Sequence record: OQ032511.1
From: Acinetobacter phage nACB1
Length of the DNA: 64,000 nt
Direction: 5' to 3' (one strand)
Shown here: positions 40,037 to 50,002 of the stretch, in pieces
How the letters are laid out: every line of letters starts with the position of its first letter
Position numbering within the stretch: the first letter of the stretch is position 1
Notes under the pieces: model-generated
Database searches by the model: none
What the model was told of the DNA's origin: nothing
The model's input: the letters and a program-made list of their open reading frames with translations, nothing else
Translations under genes and position numbers: made by a program

Positions 40037-43000
40037 TACCGCGTTAAGACTGATCTTGAAATTAATAATGAACGTATTGCGCGTCAACAGTTGGGCGTAG
40101 ATTTAAACACACGTGTTGATGATTTTGTTAGTACATTTGATCATAAATTTGTAATGGTCTATCAGACTATTCAAACATATCAAGATGAGACTAACGGTAA
40201 ACTCACACTGTTTGATGCACGTATTAGAAAATACGAAGAGATGCTTCAAGACATCACTACAGATTCTATTCAGATCACTATGGATAATGGTGAGATCAAT
40301 ATGGGTGCGTGGACTATTTTGTCTCAAGCACGTGAATGGGATTTAGAAATCTTAGCTAACTTCAAAGATTATAAAACTCAAACCGATAAAGATATTGATG
40401 AAGCTTTGAAAGATATTCAAGATAAGCTTCCTATTGAACAAGACATTATTGATAAAGCTATTGAAGCTTTGTCTGATGCTCAGATCATCAAAGACTTAGA
40501 TGCTAAGATTGATGGCAACATTGCTGACATTGATACTGTACATCAGCAGCTTATTGCTGAGGTAAACAATCGTCAAAATGAGATGATTGATTACAGTCAG
40601 ACTATTGCTAATGAAATGCAGAAGAATCAGAACGCATTAGTTACTATGGTTCAGACTGAAGCTGAAGCTCGTATTGATGCATTACAGCGTGAGTCTGCTA
40701 TCCGTCAACAAGAACTAGTTAACGAAGCTGCAGAGCGTAGTGCTGAGATTACAGAGCGTATTAAAGATATTGAAGCAGGTACTGGTGCAGATTTAACTGC
40801 AGTAAACCAACGTATTGATGAAGCTAATCTCTACATTGAATCTGTTAAAGATACTCTTGATACTGAGCGTGATGAACGCTTAGCAGATATTGCTACTCTT
40901 GATGATGGTTTAACTAAAGAGATTCAATCACGTAAAGATGGTGATACTTCAATCACTACAGCTTTAAATAACTATAAAGCTTCTAATGACGTAGCTATGG
41001 CTAACTTCCGTGATGAAGTAACTGTGGTTGCAGAATCGAATGCTGCTACTGTAACTAAAGTAAACGCATTAGATGCTTCACTTAAAACTACTAATACTAA
41101 GCTTGATCAGACTACTGCTACAGCAGGTACTGCATTAGATAAAGCTACCTTAGCTCTTACTGAGACAGGTGCTCTAGCGCAGCGTGTAACGCAGACAGAA
41201 GCTAATATTACACAGATCAATAAAGATGTAGCCACTAAAGCTAATGCTTCTACAGTGACTCTCCTAGAGTCTCGTGTGGAGACTATTGATGGTGAAGTAA
41301 AAGCATCTACTAAAGCTATTACTAAATTAACTTCTGACTTAACTACTGTTCAAGGTGAGCTTGATCAGAAAGTAGATGCGTCTGTCTTAGACTCATATTC
41401 AACTACAGTTCAAACCGACAAAGCTATTGCAGATCGCGTACAAGAGTATGATGCGAACTTATACATTGGTGGTCAGAATATTTGGTCTGTTGTAGATCAA
41501 CCTGTAACTAATGAAGCAGGTGTTGCTACTAAGACAGTAGTAAACCAAGGTGAAGAACACTATCGTATTATTATCAATTCTTTTGCATCTAACCGTATTG
41601 TTACACGTTTGGATAATGCACTTGTTGATCGTGGTTTTATTTTTAAAATTGGTGATGACTTCACTGTATCATTTGAAGTACGTGCAAGCCGTAATGCCCC
41701 TGCATCAGGTATCTATTACTACTTTGGTGGTAGTGGATCATTTACATCTAATTTACCTCTAACTACTGAGTGGGTACGTTATGTATTCCCATTGAAAGCA
41801 ACTGGTACTGGTGTAGGAAGTGCTACACAAATGTTTGGTACAAGTTTCTTTAGCACAAGTGGTTGGGCAGTAGATGACTGGGTTGAGTTCCGTCATGTAC
41901 AAATGCAACGTGGTAAGAAGGCTACTGAGTTCCAGAAAGCTACTGCTAAAGTGCAGCAAGGTATTACAACCAATGCTACAGCTATTACTGGTATCAAAGC
42001 TGAAGTAACAAACCATGAAGGTCGTATTACTTCTAACAGTAATAGCATCACTGCACTTACAAATACTGTAAGCCAAACTAATAAAGACTTAGCTACTAAA
42101 GCTGACTCTAAAGCTGTAGCTGATCTTAAATCTCAAGTAGATGTTATGGATGGTAAGATCACATCCAACTCACAATCTATTGTTATTCTTAATAATGATG
42201 TGACTACTATCAAAGGTGATATGCAGAACATGGCTACTACTAGTGCATTACAAGCACTGGATAGTAAGGTATCTGTAATTGATGGTAAGACTACGTCTAA
42301 CACTAATGCAATTACTTCTCTTCAAGGAAGTGTTAATACTATCAATAGTACTTTAGCTACTAAAGCTGATACCTCTGCAGTTAATGCATTGAGTACTACT
42401 GTTACTCAACAAGGTACACAGATCATTGCTAACAGTAATCAGCTTACTAACTTGAGTGCATCTATATCAATGTCTATGCCTGAAGCTAAAGTTACAGGTA
42501 CGTTGGATGGTATTAATTTATTCACACCTTATATTAACAACTCAAATATTAACTTAGTTGATGAAGCTACTGCAGTATCAGGTAAGGTAATACGTATTGG
42601 TGATAACTCAGGTAATGATAACATTGCAGGTATCAGTAATGCTTATGTAGCAATTGATCCTAATAAGTTATACCGAGTTAAGTATCGAGTTCGTCGTGTT
42701 ATTGGTGATGGTACTATTTACTTATCTGTCGTAACAACTAATGCAGATAAGACACGTAACGTAATGCATACCAACTCTGAGACTGCACTTACTGATATTA
42801 GTAATTCATTATATTACGTGGGCAATGCCGCACCTGCCTTAGGTACATGGTTAGAGGGTGAATACTTTTTTAAAGGTAAGTCTGCAGGTACTTCTGGTGG
42901 GACAGGTACAATAGCTTCTCCTCGTACATTCCCTGCTAAAGCTGCATATATCCGCTTAGGTATTCTACCTAACTTTACAGTTAAAGCAGGCCAACAAGAT

Positions 43001-46000
43001 ATTGACTATATTATCTTGGAAGATTATGACGCTATGTCTTTAGGTGATGCTAATGGTACAGCCATCACTAATCTTGGTACTCGTGTAACTAATAACGAAG
43101 GTGCTATTGATGTACATAGTTCTCAGTTAACTAACCTTACTGGACGTATTAGTACTGTTGAAGGTGGTTTAACAACTAAAGCTGATTCCTCTGCGTTGAG
43201 TGCTTTGGAAACTAAAGTTACTGCAGTTGATGGGAAGGTATCTACAAACACTAATGCCATTACTTCTTTACAAGGACGTGTTACATCTGTTGAAGGTACG
43301 TTAAGTACTAAAGCTGACGCTTCTGCATTAGCTAATTACTACACTAAAACTCAAACTGACAGTGCAGTAGCAGGTGGTATCAATGCTTACAATACTTCGT
43401 TGAGTGTAGGCGGGGATAACTTATGGAGTCTTGAAGGTTCTACTAATTCTAACGAATTTGGTGTTACTCAAAAAGTACTACAAGATTCTACGATTGATGC
43501 TCATAGATTTACTGTGTCTAGCTTTACAACGAATATTGCACGTATCCGAAACCAAGACATGATTCCTAATGGTTATGATGGCCAATTAGCTGTTGGTGAG
43601 CAATACACACTTACATTTAAGATTCGTGCTAGTCGAGCTGCTGCTGCAGATTACTATGCTTACGTTGGTGAGACAGGCTTTCCTAATGTAACAACACCTC
43701 TTAGCTTAACTGAAGATTGGCAGACTATTACATCTACATTTACTCTACGTGCTACAGTTTCTACAAGTATTCGTCAGATGTTCTGTGTGACTTTACGCAG
43801 TACAAATGGATGGGCTGTAAATGATTGGTATGATGTTAAAGAGATCATGCTACAGCGTGGTAATAAAGCTACTACTTACGTTAAAGCAGCTGCTAAAACC
43901 AAGCAGTTAATTGACGCTAATGCTTCAGCTATTACTAATACGCAAGCTTCAGTAACTAACCTAGATGGTAAGCTTACTACGCTGTCTACATCAGTAACTA
44001 CGCTTACAGGTCGTGTATCAACTGTTGAGAATGGTTTATCTACTAAAGCAGATGTATCAGCTTTCAATGCATTGGATGCGCGTGTTGTACAGCAAGGTAA
44101 AGACATTGAAACTGTGTCTGCAAGTGTTACTACTGTAAACACACGTATTGATAACTTAGCTATCAGCACTAATAACGTATTACTTAATTCTTACGGTGAA
44201 CGTACAAGTGCTGCACCTACTCAACGTGAATACTTAATGTATGAACGCAGTGTTGCACTTAAAGATTTCTATAATGAAAACTTAGATAAGTTCATTACAT
44301 TAAGTTTTGAAATCAAGGTTCCTGTAGCAGGCCCTGTTCAGGTATACACAAGCAATAACTCTGCACATCAATTCAGTACAGGTATTACTATTACAGAAGC
44401 TGATGTATGGCAGAAGTTTACTTTAAAGCTTGTTCCTAGACCACATCCTACAACTCCTGAGAATGTTGCAGGTTCTACTTTAGAGTTCTATGGTACATAT
44501 GGTACTGGTCGTATCCCTACTATCCGTAAAGCTATGATGGTAGCAGGTGGTGTTGCAGCTGCATGGGAACCATCTCCACGTGATACACAGGCGAGCTTTG
44601 AAGCACAGTCTTCTGCTATCAGTACTTTGGATTCACAGACTAAAGCATTAGATGGTCGTATCATAACTAACGCTAGTAATATCACTACATTACAAGGTCG
44701 TGTTACTACAGCGGAAGGTAAGATTACTTCTAATACAAATGCTATTTCTGGTTTGGAAACTAAGATTACTGAAACCAACGGTAAGATAGATGCACAAGCT
44801 AATAGTGTTACTCGCTTACAGTCTCGTGTGGATAACAATGCAGGTGCAGGTTTATCACAGGATTACTTATGTCTTGATTATGATAGTTGGTATAACCATA
44901 GTAATTTAACTAACTCAATTGCATTGGCTCCATACTTCAATCAAACACTGACAGATGGGCCTTTAGGTGCTAAAGGATTTGCTGCTACTGGTGGTACATT
45001 CTTTATGTACAACAAAACACCATTACCTACTAATAAGACTTATCGAGTTCAGTTCTGGGCTAAGCGTAGCAGTGATACAACTGGTACTGCGTACATTACT
45101 ATCTTACGTCTTAAACCAGGTGAAGCATTAAATGCTCAGTGGTATACATCTATAGCTTTATCAGCTGCAGAGTTACCACGTAATAATACTTGGACTTACA
45201 TTGATAAGATTGTGAACATTACAGGCGGTACTACAACGTATCCTCTTATGTATCTTGGTTTCAGTCTTAACAATGGAGCTTCTGCAGGTACTACAGCAGC
45301 ACAAGGCTTTAAAGTTACTGAGATACTTAACGTAGGTGATACTACTGGTTTAGCTACATCTGATGCATTAACTTCATTGACTACTCGCGTAACAACTGCT
45401 GAAGGTAAAATTGATACTCAAGCAGGTCAGATTACTAGCTTAAATACTACTGTTGCAGGTAAGGCAAATGCGTCTGCTGTAACTAGTCTTGAAGCACGTG
45501 TAACTACTGCAGAAGGTAACATTACTTCTCTTACTACAAGCAGTACTAACCTTACTAACCGTATGACTGCTGCCGAAGGTAAGATCACAACTAACACCAA
45601 TAACTTAACCACTATGACAAATAAGGTTACAGAGATTGATGGGAAAGTGACTGCACAAGCTACACAGATTAACAAGGTAGAATCTACGTTAGCAGGGCAA
45701 GCAATTGGTAGTACTAACTTACACCCTGCAACTATATCAGCTACTACTTGGGAGCCTTACAGCACATCTACAGTAGCTAAAGTTACTGGTGGTTTTAAGA
45801 CTGATTTAGTACGCGTAACTAAGACTGGTGGTTCTGTCGGTGGTGTGGCAACTGTAGCAGCACAACGTAAGATTAACGTACGAACTGGTACACCTATAAT
45901 TGTTACAGCTAAAGTACGTGGTGATGCTATACCTAATTATATTTATATGATGGGTGCATCTGGTACAGCTTCTAACGTTGCAGCTACCTCTATTGAGTTT

Positions 46001-47476
46001 AGTGAACCATTCGGTACTAGCTTCGTAACTATGACTGTTAAATTTAATGGTAATGGTTTTGGCTTCAGAACTAATGCATGGCTCATGATGTCTAACAATG
46101 GTGCTGCATCAGGTACTTGGTTTGAGTTTGCAGAACTTATGGTACAGGATGGAAATACTGCAACTGCATGGTCTGACTCTTACTTAGACGTACCTGAGAT
46201 TGATTTAACTGAGTATGCAAAAGCATCTGCATTAAGCTCATTAGATACTAAAGTAACTCAGATTGATGGACGTGTAACAAGCCAAGCTACTTCTATCACT
46301 CAGCTACAATCTAGTGTTGGTGACAATACATCTAAGCTTCAAGTACAAGGTGAAGTGATTGATGGATTGAAAGCTTCATACTTTGTTAAGACTGATGTGA
46401 ATGGTTTGGTAGCAGGGTTTGGTTTATATAATGATGGTACTAGTTCTGCTTTTGGTGTTAATGCTGATTACTTCTATATTGGTAAAGCATCAGGTGGTAA
46501 GAAACCATTCATTGTAACTACTTCACCTCAAACTATTGATGGTGTTACTTATCCCGTAGGTACATGGATTCATACTGCATTGATTGCTAATGCCACTATT
46601 GGTACAGCACATATTGCAGATGCTTCTATTACCAATGCTAAGATCAATAGTCTTGATGCAGCTAAGATTACTACTGGTACTCTTGATGCAGCACGTATTA
46701 AAGTTGGTGCAGCTACTCAGTATGAGATTGGATATGATCCAATTACTAAAGCTCGTACATTCGTAGCACAACCAGTTACTCCATACCGTGCAGGTGATAT
46801 TTGGAAGAATGGTACTACTACAGCTATCTGTACTGTTACTCGTTTGTCTGGTGCATACGTTGCAGCTGATTGGGGTAAGACTGGTGATGTAACTTCTGAG
46901 AATACTGCAGCTGATACATCTAAAGTTGGCGGTGTCGCTGCAGCTACTGTAAACCAAAATATTACTAATGCACAGACTGCGGCTACTAATGCTGCTACAT
47001 TGGCAGGTAATAAAGGTGAGGTTATCTATGGAACTGCACAGCCTGCTGCTGACAAGCGTTTAGCACAAAACCTATGGATTGATACCACTAGTAATGCTAA
47101 TACGCCTAAGCGTTGGAATGGTAGCGCATGGGTAGCGGTTACAGATAAGGCAGCTACTGATGCTAAGGCTGCAGCTGATGCAGCAGATGCTAAAGCGGTA
47201 GCAGCACAAGTAACAGCTAACTCAGCTAACAACCAAGTTAATGCTTGGAAGTTCACTGGTACAACTGAGATTGATGGTGGTAAGATTCGCGCTGATACAG
47301 TAACTGCTGTACAAATGAATGTAGCTGAGCTTAGTGCTATCACAGGTACACTTGGTACTTTAGTTACTTATAAAGACCCTGCTCAACCTAATAAGGCTCG
47401 TATGGTTATGCAAGGTAGTTTGATTACAGTGTACGATGATAATAATGTTTTACGTGTTCGTATGGGACTTTGGTAA
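40007..47476 (+). CDS. giant tail fiber / receptor-binding protein, main body (continues 39712..39987; about 2560 aa intact)
   Basis: 2489-aa ORF with no ATG or RBS of its own (first codon TTG). Long heptad/coiled-coil stretches (T.NT.AITSLQGRV..., LSTKADASAL) alternate with at least 6 beta-rich modules ending W(A/V).DW.E...MQ.G.KAT. The C-terminus YFYIGKASGG...IDGGKIRADTVTA...RVRMGLW resembles host-specificity / fiber C-terminal domains. Confidence 0.8.
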   Translation: MTALAQALADYRVKTDLEINNERIARQQLGVDLNTRVDDFVSTFDHKFVMVYQTIQTYQDETNGKLTLFDARIRKYEEMLQDITTDSIQITMDNGEINMGAWTILSQAREWDLEILANFKDYKTQTDKDIDEALKDIQDKLPIEQDIIDKAIEALSDAQIIKDLDAKIDGNIADIDTVHQQLIAEVNNRQNEMIDYSQTIANEMQKNQNALVTMVQTEAEARIDALQRESAIRQQELVNEAAERSAEITERIKDIEAGTGADLTAVNQRIDEANLYIESVKDTLDTERDERLADIATLDDGLTKEIQSRKDGDTSITTALNNYKASNDVAMANFRDEVTVVAESNAATVTKVNALDASLKTTNTKLDQTTATAGTALDKATLALTETGALAQRVTQTEANITQINKDVATKANASTVTLLESRVETIDGEVKASTKAITKLTSDLTTVQGELDQKVDASVLDSYSTTVQTDKAIADRVQEYDANLYIGGQNIWSVVDQPVTNEAGVATKTVVNQGEEHYRIIINSFASNRIVTRLDNALVDRGFIFKIGDDFTVSFEVRASRNAPASGIYYYFGGSGSFTSNLPLTTEWVRYVFPLKATGTGVGSATQMFGTSFFSTSGWAVDDWVEFRHVQMQRGKKATEFQKATAKVQQGITTNATAITGIKAEVTNHEGRITSNSNSITALTNTVSQTNKDLATKADSKAVADLKSQVDVMDGKITSNSQSIVILNNDVTTIKGDMQNMATTSALQALDSKVSVIDGKTTSNTNAITSLQGSVNTINSTLATKADTSAVNALSTTVTQQGTQIIANSNQLTNLSASISMSMPEAKVTGTLDGINLFTPYINNSNINLVDEATAVSGKVIRIGDNSGNDNIAGISNAYVAIDPNKLYRVKYRVRRVIGDGTIYLSVVTTNADKTRNVMHTNSETALTDISNSLYYVGNAAPALGTWLEGEYFFKGKSAGTSGGTGTIASPRTFPAKAAYIRLGILPNFTVKAGQQDIDYIILEDYDAMSLGDANGTAITNLGTRVTNNEGAIDVHSSQLTNLTGRISTVEGGLTTKADSSALSALETKVTAVDGKVSTNTNAITSLQGRVTSVEGTLSTKADASALANYYTKTQTDSAVAGGINAYNTSLSVGGDNLWSLEGSTNSNEFGVTQKVLQDSTIDAHRFTVSSFTTNIARIRNQDMIPNGYDGQLAVGEQYTLTFKIRASRAAAADYYAYVGETGFPNVTTPLSLTEDWQTITSTFTLRATVSTSIRQMFCVTLRSTNGWAVNDWYDVKEIMLQRGNKATTYVKAAAKTKQLIDANASAITNTQASVTNLDGKLTTLSTSVTTLTGRVSTVENGLSTKADVSAFNALDARVVQQGKDIETVSASVTTVNTRIDNLAISTNNVLLNSYGERTSAAPTQREYLMYERSVALKDFYNENLDKFITLSFEIKVPVAGPVQVYTSNNSAHQFSTGITITEADVWQKFTLKLVPRPHPTTPENVAGSTLEFYGTYGTGRIPTIRKAMMVAGGVAAAWEPSPRDTQASFEAQSSAISTLDSQTKALDGRIITNASNITTLQGRVTTAEGKITSNTNAISGLETKITETNGKIDAQANSVTRLQSRVDNNAGAGLSQDYLCLDYDSWYNHSNLTNSIALAPYFNQTLTDGPLGAKGFAATGGTFFMYNKTPLPTNKTYRVQFWAKRSSDTTGTAYITILRLKPGEALNAQWYTSIALSAAELPRNNTWTYIDKIVNITGGTTTYPLMYLGFSLNNGASAGTTAAQGFKVTEILNVGDTTGLATSDALTSLTTRVTTAEGKIDTQAGQITSLNTTVAGKANASAVTSLEARVTTAEGNITSLTTSSTNLTNRMTAAEGKITTNTNNLTTMTNKVTEIDGKVTAQATQINKVESTLAGQAIGSTNLHPATISATTWEPYSTSTVAKVTGGFKTDLVRVTKTGGSVGGVATVAAQRKINVRTGTPIIVTAKVRGDAIPNYIYMMGASGTASNVAATSIEFSEPFGTSFVTMTVKFNGNGFGFRTNAWLMMSNNGAASGTWFEFAELMVQDGNTATAWSDSYLDVPEIDLTEYAKASALSSLDTKVTQIDGRVTSQATSITQLQSSVGDNTSKLQVQGEVIDGLKASYFVKTDVNGLVAGFGLYNDGTSSAFGVNADYFYIGKASGGKKPFIVTTSPQTIDGVTYPVGTWIHTALIANATIGTAHIADASITNAKINSLDAAKITTGTLDAARIKVGAATQYEIGYDPITKARTFVAQPVTPYRAGDIWKNGTTTAICTVTRLSGAYVAADWGKTGDVTSENTAADTSKVGGVAAATVNQNITNAQTAATNAATLAGNKGEVIYGTAQPAADKRLAQNLWIDTTSNANTPKRWNGSAWVAVTDKAATDAKAAADAADAKAVAAQVTANSANNQVNAWKFTGTTEIDGGKIRADTVTAVQMNVAELSAITGTLGTLVTYKDPAQPNKARMVMQGSLITVYDDNNVLRVRMGLW

Positions 47477-47499
47477 GTCCCATACCTTAAGGAGTTTTT

Positions 47500-47802
47500 A
47501 TGCCACAAGGTTTACAAGTATTTAATGAGAATGGAGTTCTTATAAACGATACTAATGATAGATTTCCACGCATCATGGGTAATGTTGAAACTGTTGCGGG
47601 AGTAGCAGGAGAGCAGGCTATTAGCATACCTGCGAACACTCAACCTATATTTTTTATGGTAGGTCTAAATGCTAATTCTTATGACAGCCTACCTTATATT
47701 AGTATTACAAATACTTTACTTAAGTGGGATTATCGTCGTTATGAAATTGCTTGGGGTACTTCACCCTATGGAGCTGCAAAAATACATTGGGGGTACTACT
47801 AA
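47500..47802 (+). CDS. small fiber-associated protein (100 aa), paralogous module
   Basis: The N-terminus MPQGLQVFNENGVLINDT matches the start and an internal segment of the next gene. TAATG overlap with the next gene. Confidence 0.55.
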   Translation: MPQGLQVFNENGVLINDTNDRFPRIMGNVETVAGVAGEQAISIPANTQPIFFMVGLNANSYDSLPYISITNTLLKWDYRRYEIAWGTSPYGAAKIHWGYY

Positions 47803-48587
47803 TGCCATCAGGATTAGAAGCTTATTCAGATAGTGGAATCTTACAATTTGATTCTAACTATCCTCAGTACTCTGTGTCGAAAGTAATTACTAAACCTGTA
47901 AACAGCAATAACCCTGTAACCTATACGGCAGGGCCTTCGCATTTACTGGTAGGTGTTAATTTATCTACTGCTGTAAATGCTGCTAAAGGTTTGTGTACTA
48001 TCAATACAGGTACTGTTTATGAAGGTAATAATACTTTTAGAGTTTCTATGCAGTTGGATGTTTATACTTTTGAAAACATAGCTAAGTTTATTGTATTTGA
48101 GCCTTTTAACTTATTGAATGCTCAATCTCCTGGGTCTGGGGTAGGTTTAGAAGTTTTCGACGAGAACTCTAAATTAACCTATACGACCCAAGTTCCCAAC
48201 TTACGTGTTGTAGCTACACATGTTTTACCTGACCAAGTAAAAGCACAAGGTATGTTATATGGTACAGGAGCAGGTGTTATTAATGCTAATAACTATAAGT
48301 GGACTACTAACATATTCCCTGATGATATTAGTAATTATGGTATTGCATTTGCTCAACCTAGGCTAGGTAACAGGGTTGAGTATGATGGGTCAGAGGAAGT
48401 AATTACATTACATGACTCTGCTAAATTTAGTATCAATAGTTCTGGTTATCTTGAAGTATTATTTAGTGCTGCTGAAGGTTCAGCAACTTCTTATGGTGCT
48501 CCTTATAATGCTACAAACATTTGGGTATCTCATGGTGTACAGATTGCCTATGTTATTGATGTAAGGGCTATAAGGCATTTACTTTAA
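47802..48587 (+). CDS. fiber-associated protein (261 aa) made of two copies of the same module
   Basis: Starts MPSGLEAYSDSGILQFDS and has the internal GVGLEVFDENSKLTYTTQ. The track ORF begins upstream at 47751, but the ATG at 47802 is coupled to the previous stop. Confidence 0.55.
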   Translation: MPSGLEAYSDSGILQFDSNYPQYSVSKVITKPVNSNNPVTYTAGPSHLLVGVNLSTAVNAAKGLCTINTGTVYEGNNTFRVSMQLDVYTFENIAKFIVFEPFNLLNAQSPGSGVGLEVFDENSKLTYTTQVPNLRVVATHVLPDQVKAQGMLYGTGAGVINANNYKWTTNIFPDDISNYGIAFAQPRLGNRVEYDGSEEVITLHDSAKFSINSSGYLEVLFSAAEGSATSYGAPYNATNIWVSHGVQIAYVIDVRAIRHLL

Positions 48588-48598
48588 TTTAATTAACA

Positions 48599-48627
48599 AA
48601 GCCCCATAAAGGGGCTTTATTTTATAT
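48599..48627. terminator. Bidirectional rho-independent terminator
   Basis: Hairpin aagcccc-ataa-aggggctt followed by tattttat. A U-tract is also present on the complement. Confidence 0.6.
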
Positions 48628-48816
48628 TGCTACTGTTACTTCGTCTTTGGGTACTTCTACCAGTTTGATGTTATAACCATCTATATCAGAATAAGATAAG
48701 ACAAACTCACTAATACTAACATTTTTGTTAAATTCACGAGCTTCTTTAACGTTAACGAAATCATTAAGTAACTTGATGTGGTCTACTGGCATACCGCGTT
48801 GAACTGTGTCAGTCAT
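48622..48816 (-). CDS. hypothetical small protein (64 aa) on the opposite strand within the + block
   Basis: ORF with AAGGA 8 nt upstream. No TM helices. Could be spurious. Confidence 0.35.
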   Translation of the reverse strand: MTDTVQRGMPVDHIKLLNDFVNVKEAREFNKNVSISEFVLSYSDIDGYNIKLVEVPKDEVTVAI

Positions 48817-48887
48817 GGACTGTATCCTTTAAATAAATATAAGAGTCTGCAATAATACCTCATCTCTAATGATCAAGGATACCTAAC

Positions 48888-49475
48888 ATGGGTAAATTTA
48901 TTACTGCTGCTGAGATAGCAGCTAAAGCTAAAGAGTATGGTATTGAAGAAGCAGCTCTAAAGGCTGTTATGGAAGTTGAGTGTAAAGGTCATGGTTTTAA
49001 TAGTGATGGTACACCAGTTATATTATTTGAACGTCATAAGTTCTATCAAGGACTTATTGCTATTAAATGGATAACTAAAGCTAAAGAATGGTATAAAGCC
49101 TATCCTGATATTTGTAATCCTAACTGGGGAGGTTATGGCAAAGAATCTGCTCAACATGGAAGACTACAACGAGCAGCTGCTCTTAATCGTGATGTAGCTC
49201 TCGAATCAGCGTCTTGGGGTTTAGGACAAGTGTTAGGTAGTAATTGGAAATCACTTGGCTATACGAGCTTACAGGCGTTCATAAACGCTATGTATCAAGA
49301 CGAGGTATCACAACTTGACGCTATGTGCCGCTTCATTAAAGTGAATGGTTTAATCAAGCATATCCAAGCTAAAGATTGGGCAGCATTTGCATTCAATTAT
49401 AATGGGCCTAAGTATAAGGCTAATGACTATGATACTAAATTAGCTGCAGCTTATAAGAAGCATTCAGGAGAGTAA
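48888..49475 (+). CDS. endolysin, N-acetylmuramidase family
   Basis: 195 aa with EVECKGHGFNSDGTPVILFERHKFY and WGLGQVLGSNW segments characteristic of the phage muramidase family found in N4-like phages. No signal-arrest-release or TM segment. Confidence 0.7.
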   Translation: MGKFITAAEIAAKAKEYGIEEAALKAVMEVECKGHGFNSDGTPVILFERHKFYQGLIAIKWITKAKEWYKAYPDICNPNWGGYGKESAQHGRLQRAAALNRDVALESASWGLGQVLGSNWKSLGYTSLQAFINAMYQDEVSQLDAMCRFIKVNGLIKHIQAKDWAAFAFNYNGPKYKANDYDTKLAAAYKKHSGE

Positions 49476-49476
49476 T

Positions 49477-49872
49477 ATGTACTGGAAGGTTTATACAAAG
49501 ATTGCCCCTTTGTTGATGCCATTCTTCATATTAACTACTGTTGTCTTTGGTTCCATTGCTTTATACCGAGGGGAGATAATCCTAGGGTTACAAGCTCAGT
49601 TAATCAAAGACCAAACCAAAGAAGTTAAAGTGATTATTGAGCAGCAGCAAGCAAGTACTGAAATCAGTAAACAATACGAAGAGCGTAAAGCTCAGCGTGA
49701 ACAAGATAGGATAGTGAACAATGTTCAAATTGAAAAAGTTATCAGTGAGTCTGATAACAGCAGTGTATGTTTTGATGATGCTTGGTTGTACCAACTCAAT
49801 AATCAAATCATCTCCTTTAATAGTTCCAGCGAACCTGTCTCAACCATGCCCACAGATACAGGAGCTAACTGA
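49477..49872 (+). CDS. i-spanin (Rz-like)
   Basis: N-terminal TM helix LLMPFFILTTVVFGSIALY followed by a charged coiled-coil. Begins 2 nt after the endolysin stop. Confidence 0.6.
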   Translation: MYWKVYTKIAPLLMPFFILTTVVFGSIALYRGEIILGLQAQLIKDQTKEVKVIIEQQQASTEISKQYEERKAQREQDRIVNNVQIEKVISESDNSSVCFDDAWLYQLNNQIISFNSSSEPVSTMPTDTGAN

Positions 49873-50002
49873 TGGAAAAAATAGCACAGTTCTTAGATGG
49901 TCTAATGATCTTCTTCTGCAGTACAGCGACTGTATGGATAGGCATCAAAGCACTATTCGCATTGTTGATGACTACAATAGGAGGCTTTTAAATGCCAACT
50001 AA
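49721..50002 (+). CDS. o-spanin (Rz1-like lipoprotein), overlapped architecture
   Basis: Signal peptide with lipobox LMMLGC|TNS. Starts in the +1 frame inside the i-spanin gene and extends beyond it. Pro-rich mature part. Confidence 0.65.
   Translation: MFKLKKLSVSLITAVYVLMMLGCTNSIIKSSPLIVPANLSQPCPQIQELTDGKNSTVLRWSNDLLLQYSDCMDRHQSTIRIVDDYNRRLLNAN

Noticed and set aside
40103-47343. Multiple reverse-strand ORFs inside the tail fiber gene (for example 41759..42076, 44488..44838, 46523..46957, 47026..47343)
   Set aside because: They mirror the repetitive Ala/Thr/Ser codon content of the fiber gene and have no start signals. They are artefacts of the repeat-rich coding strand.
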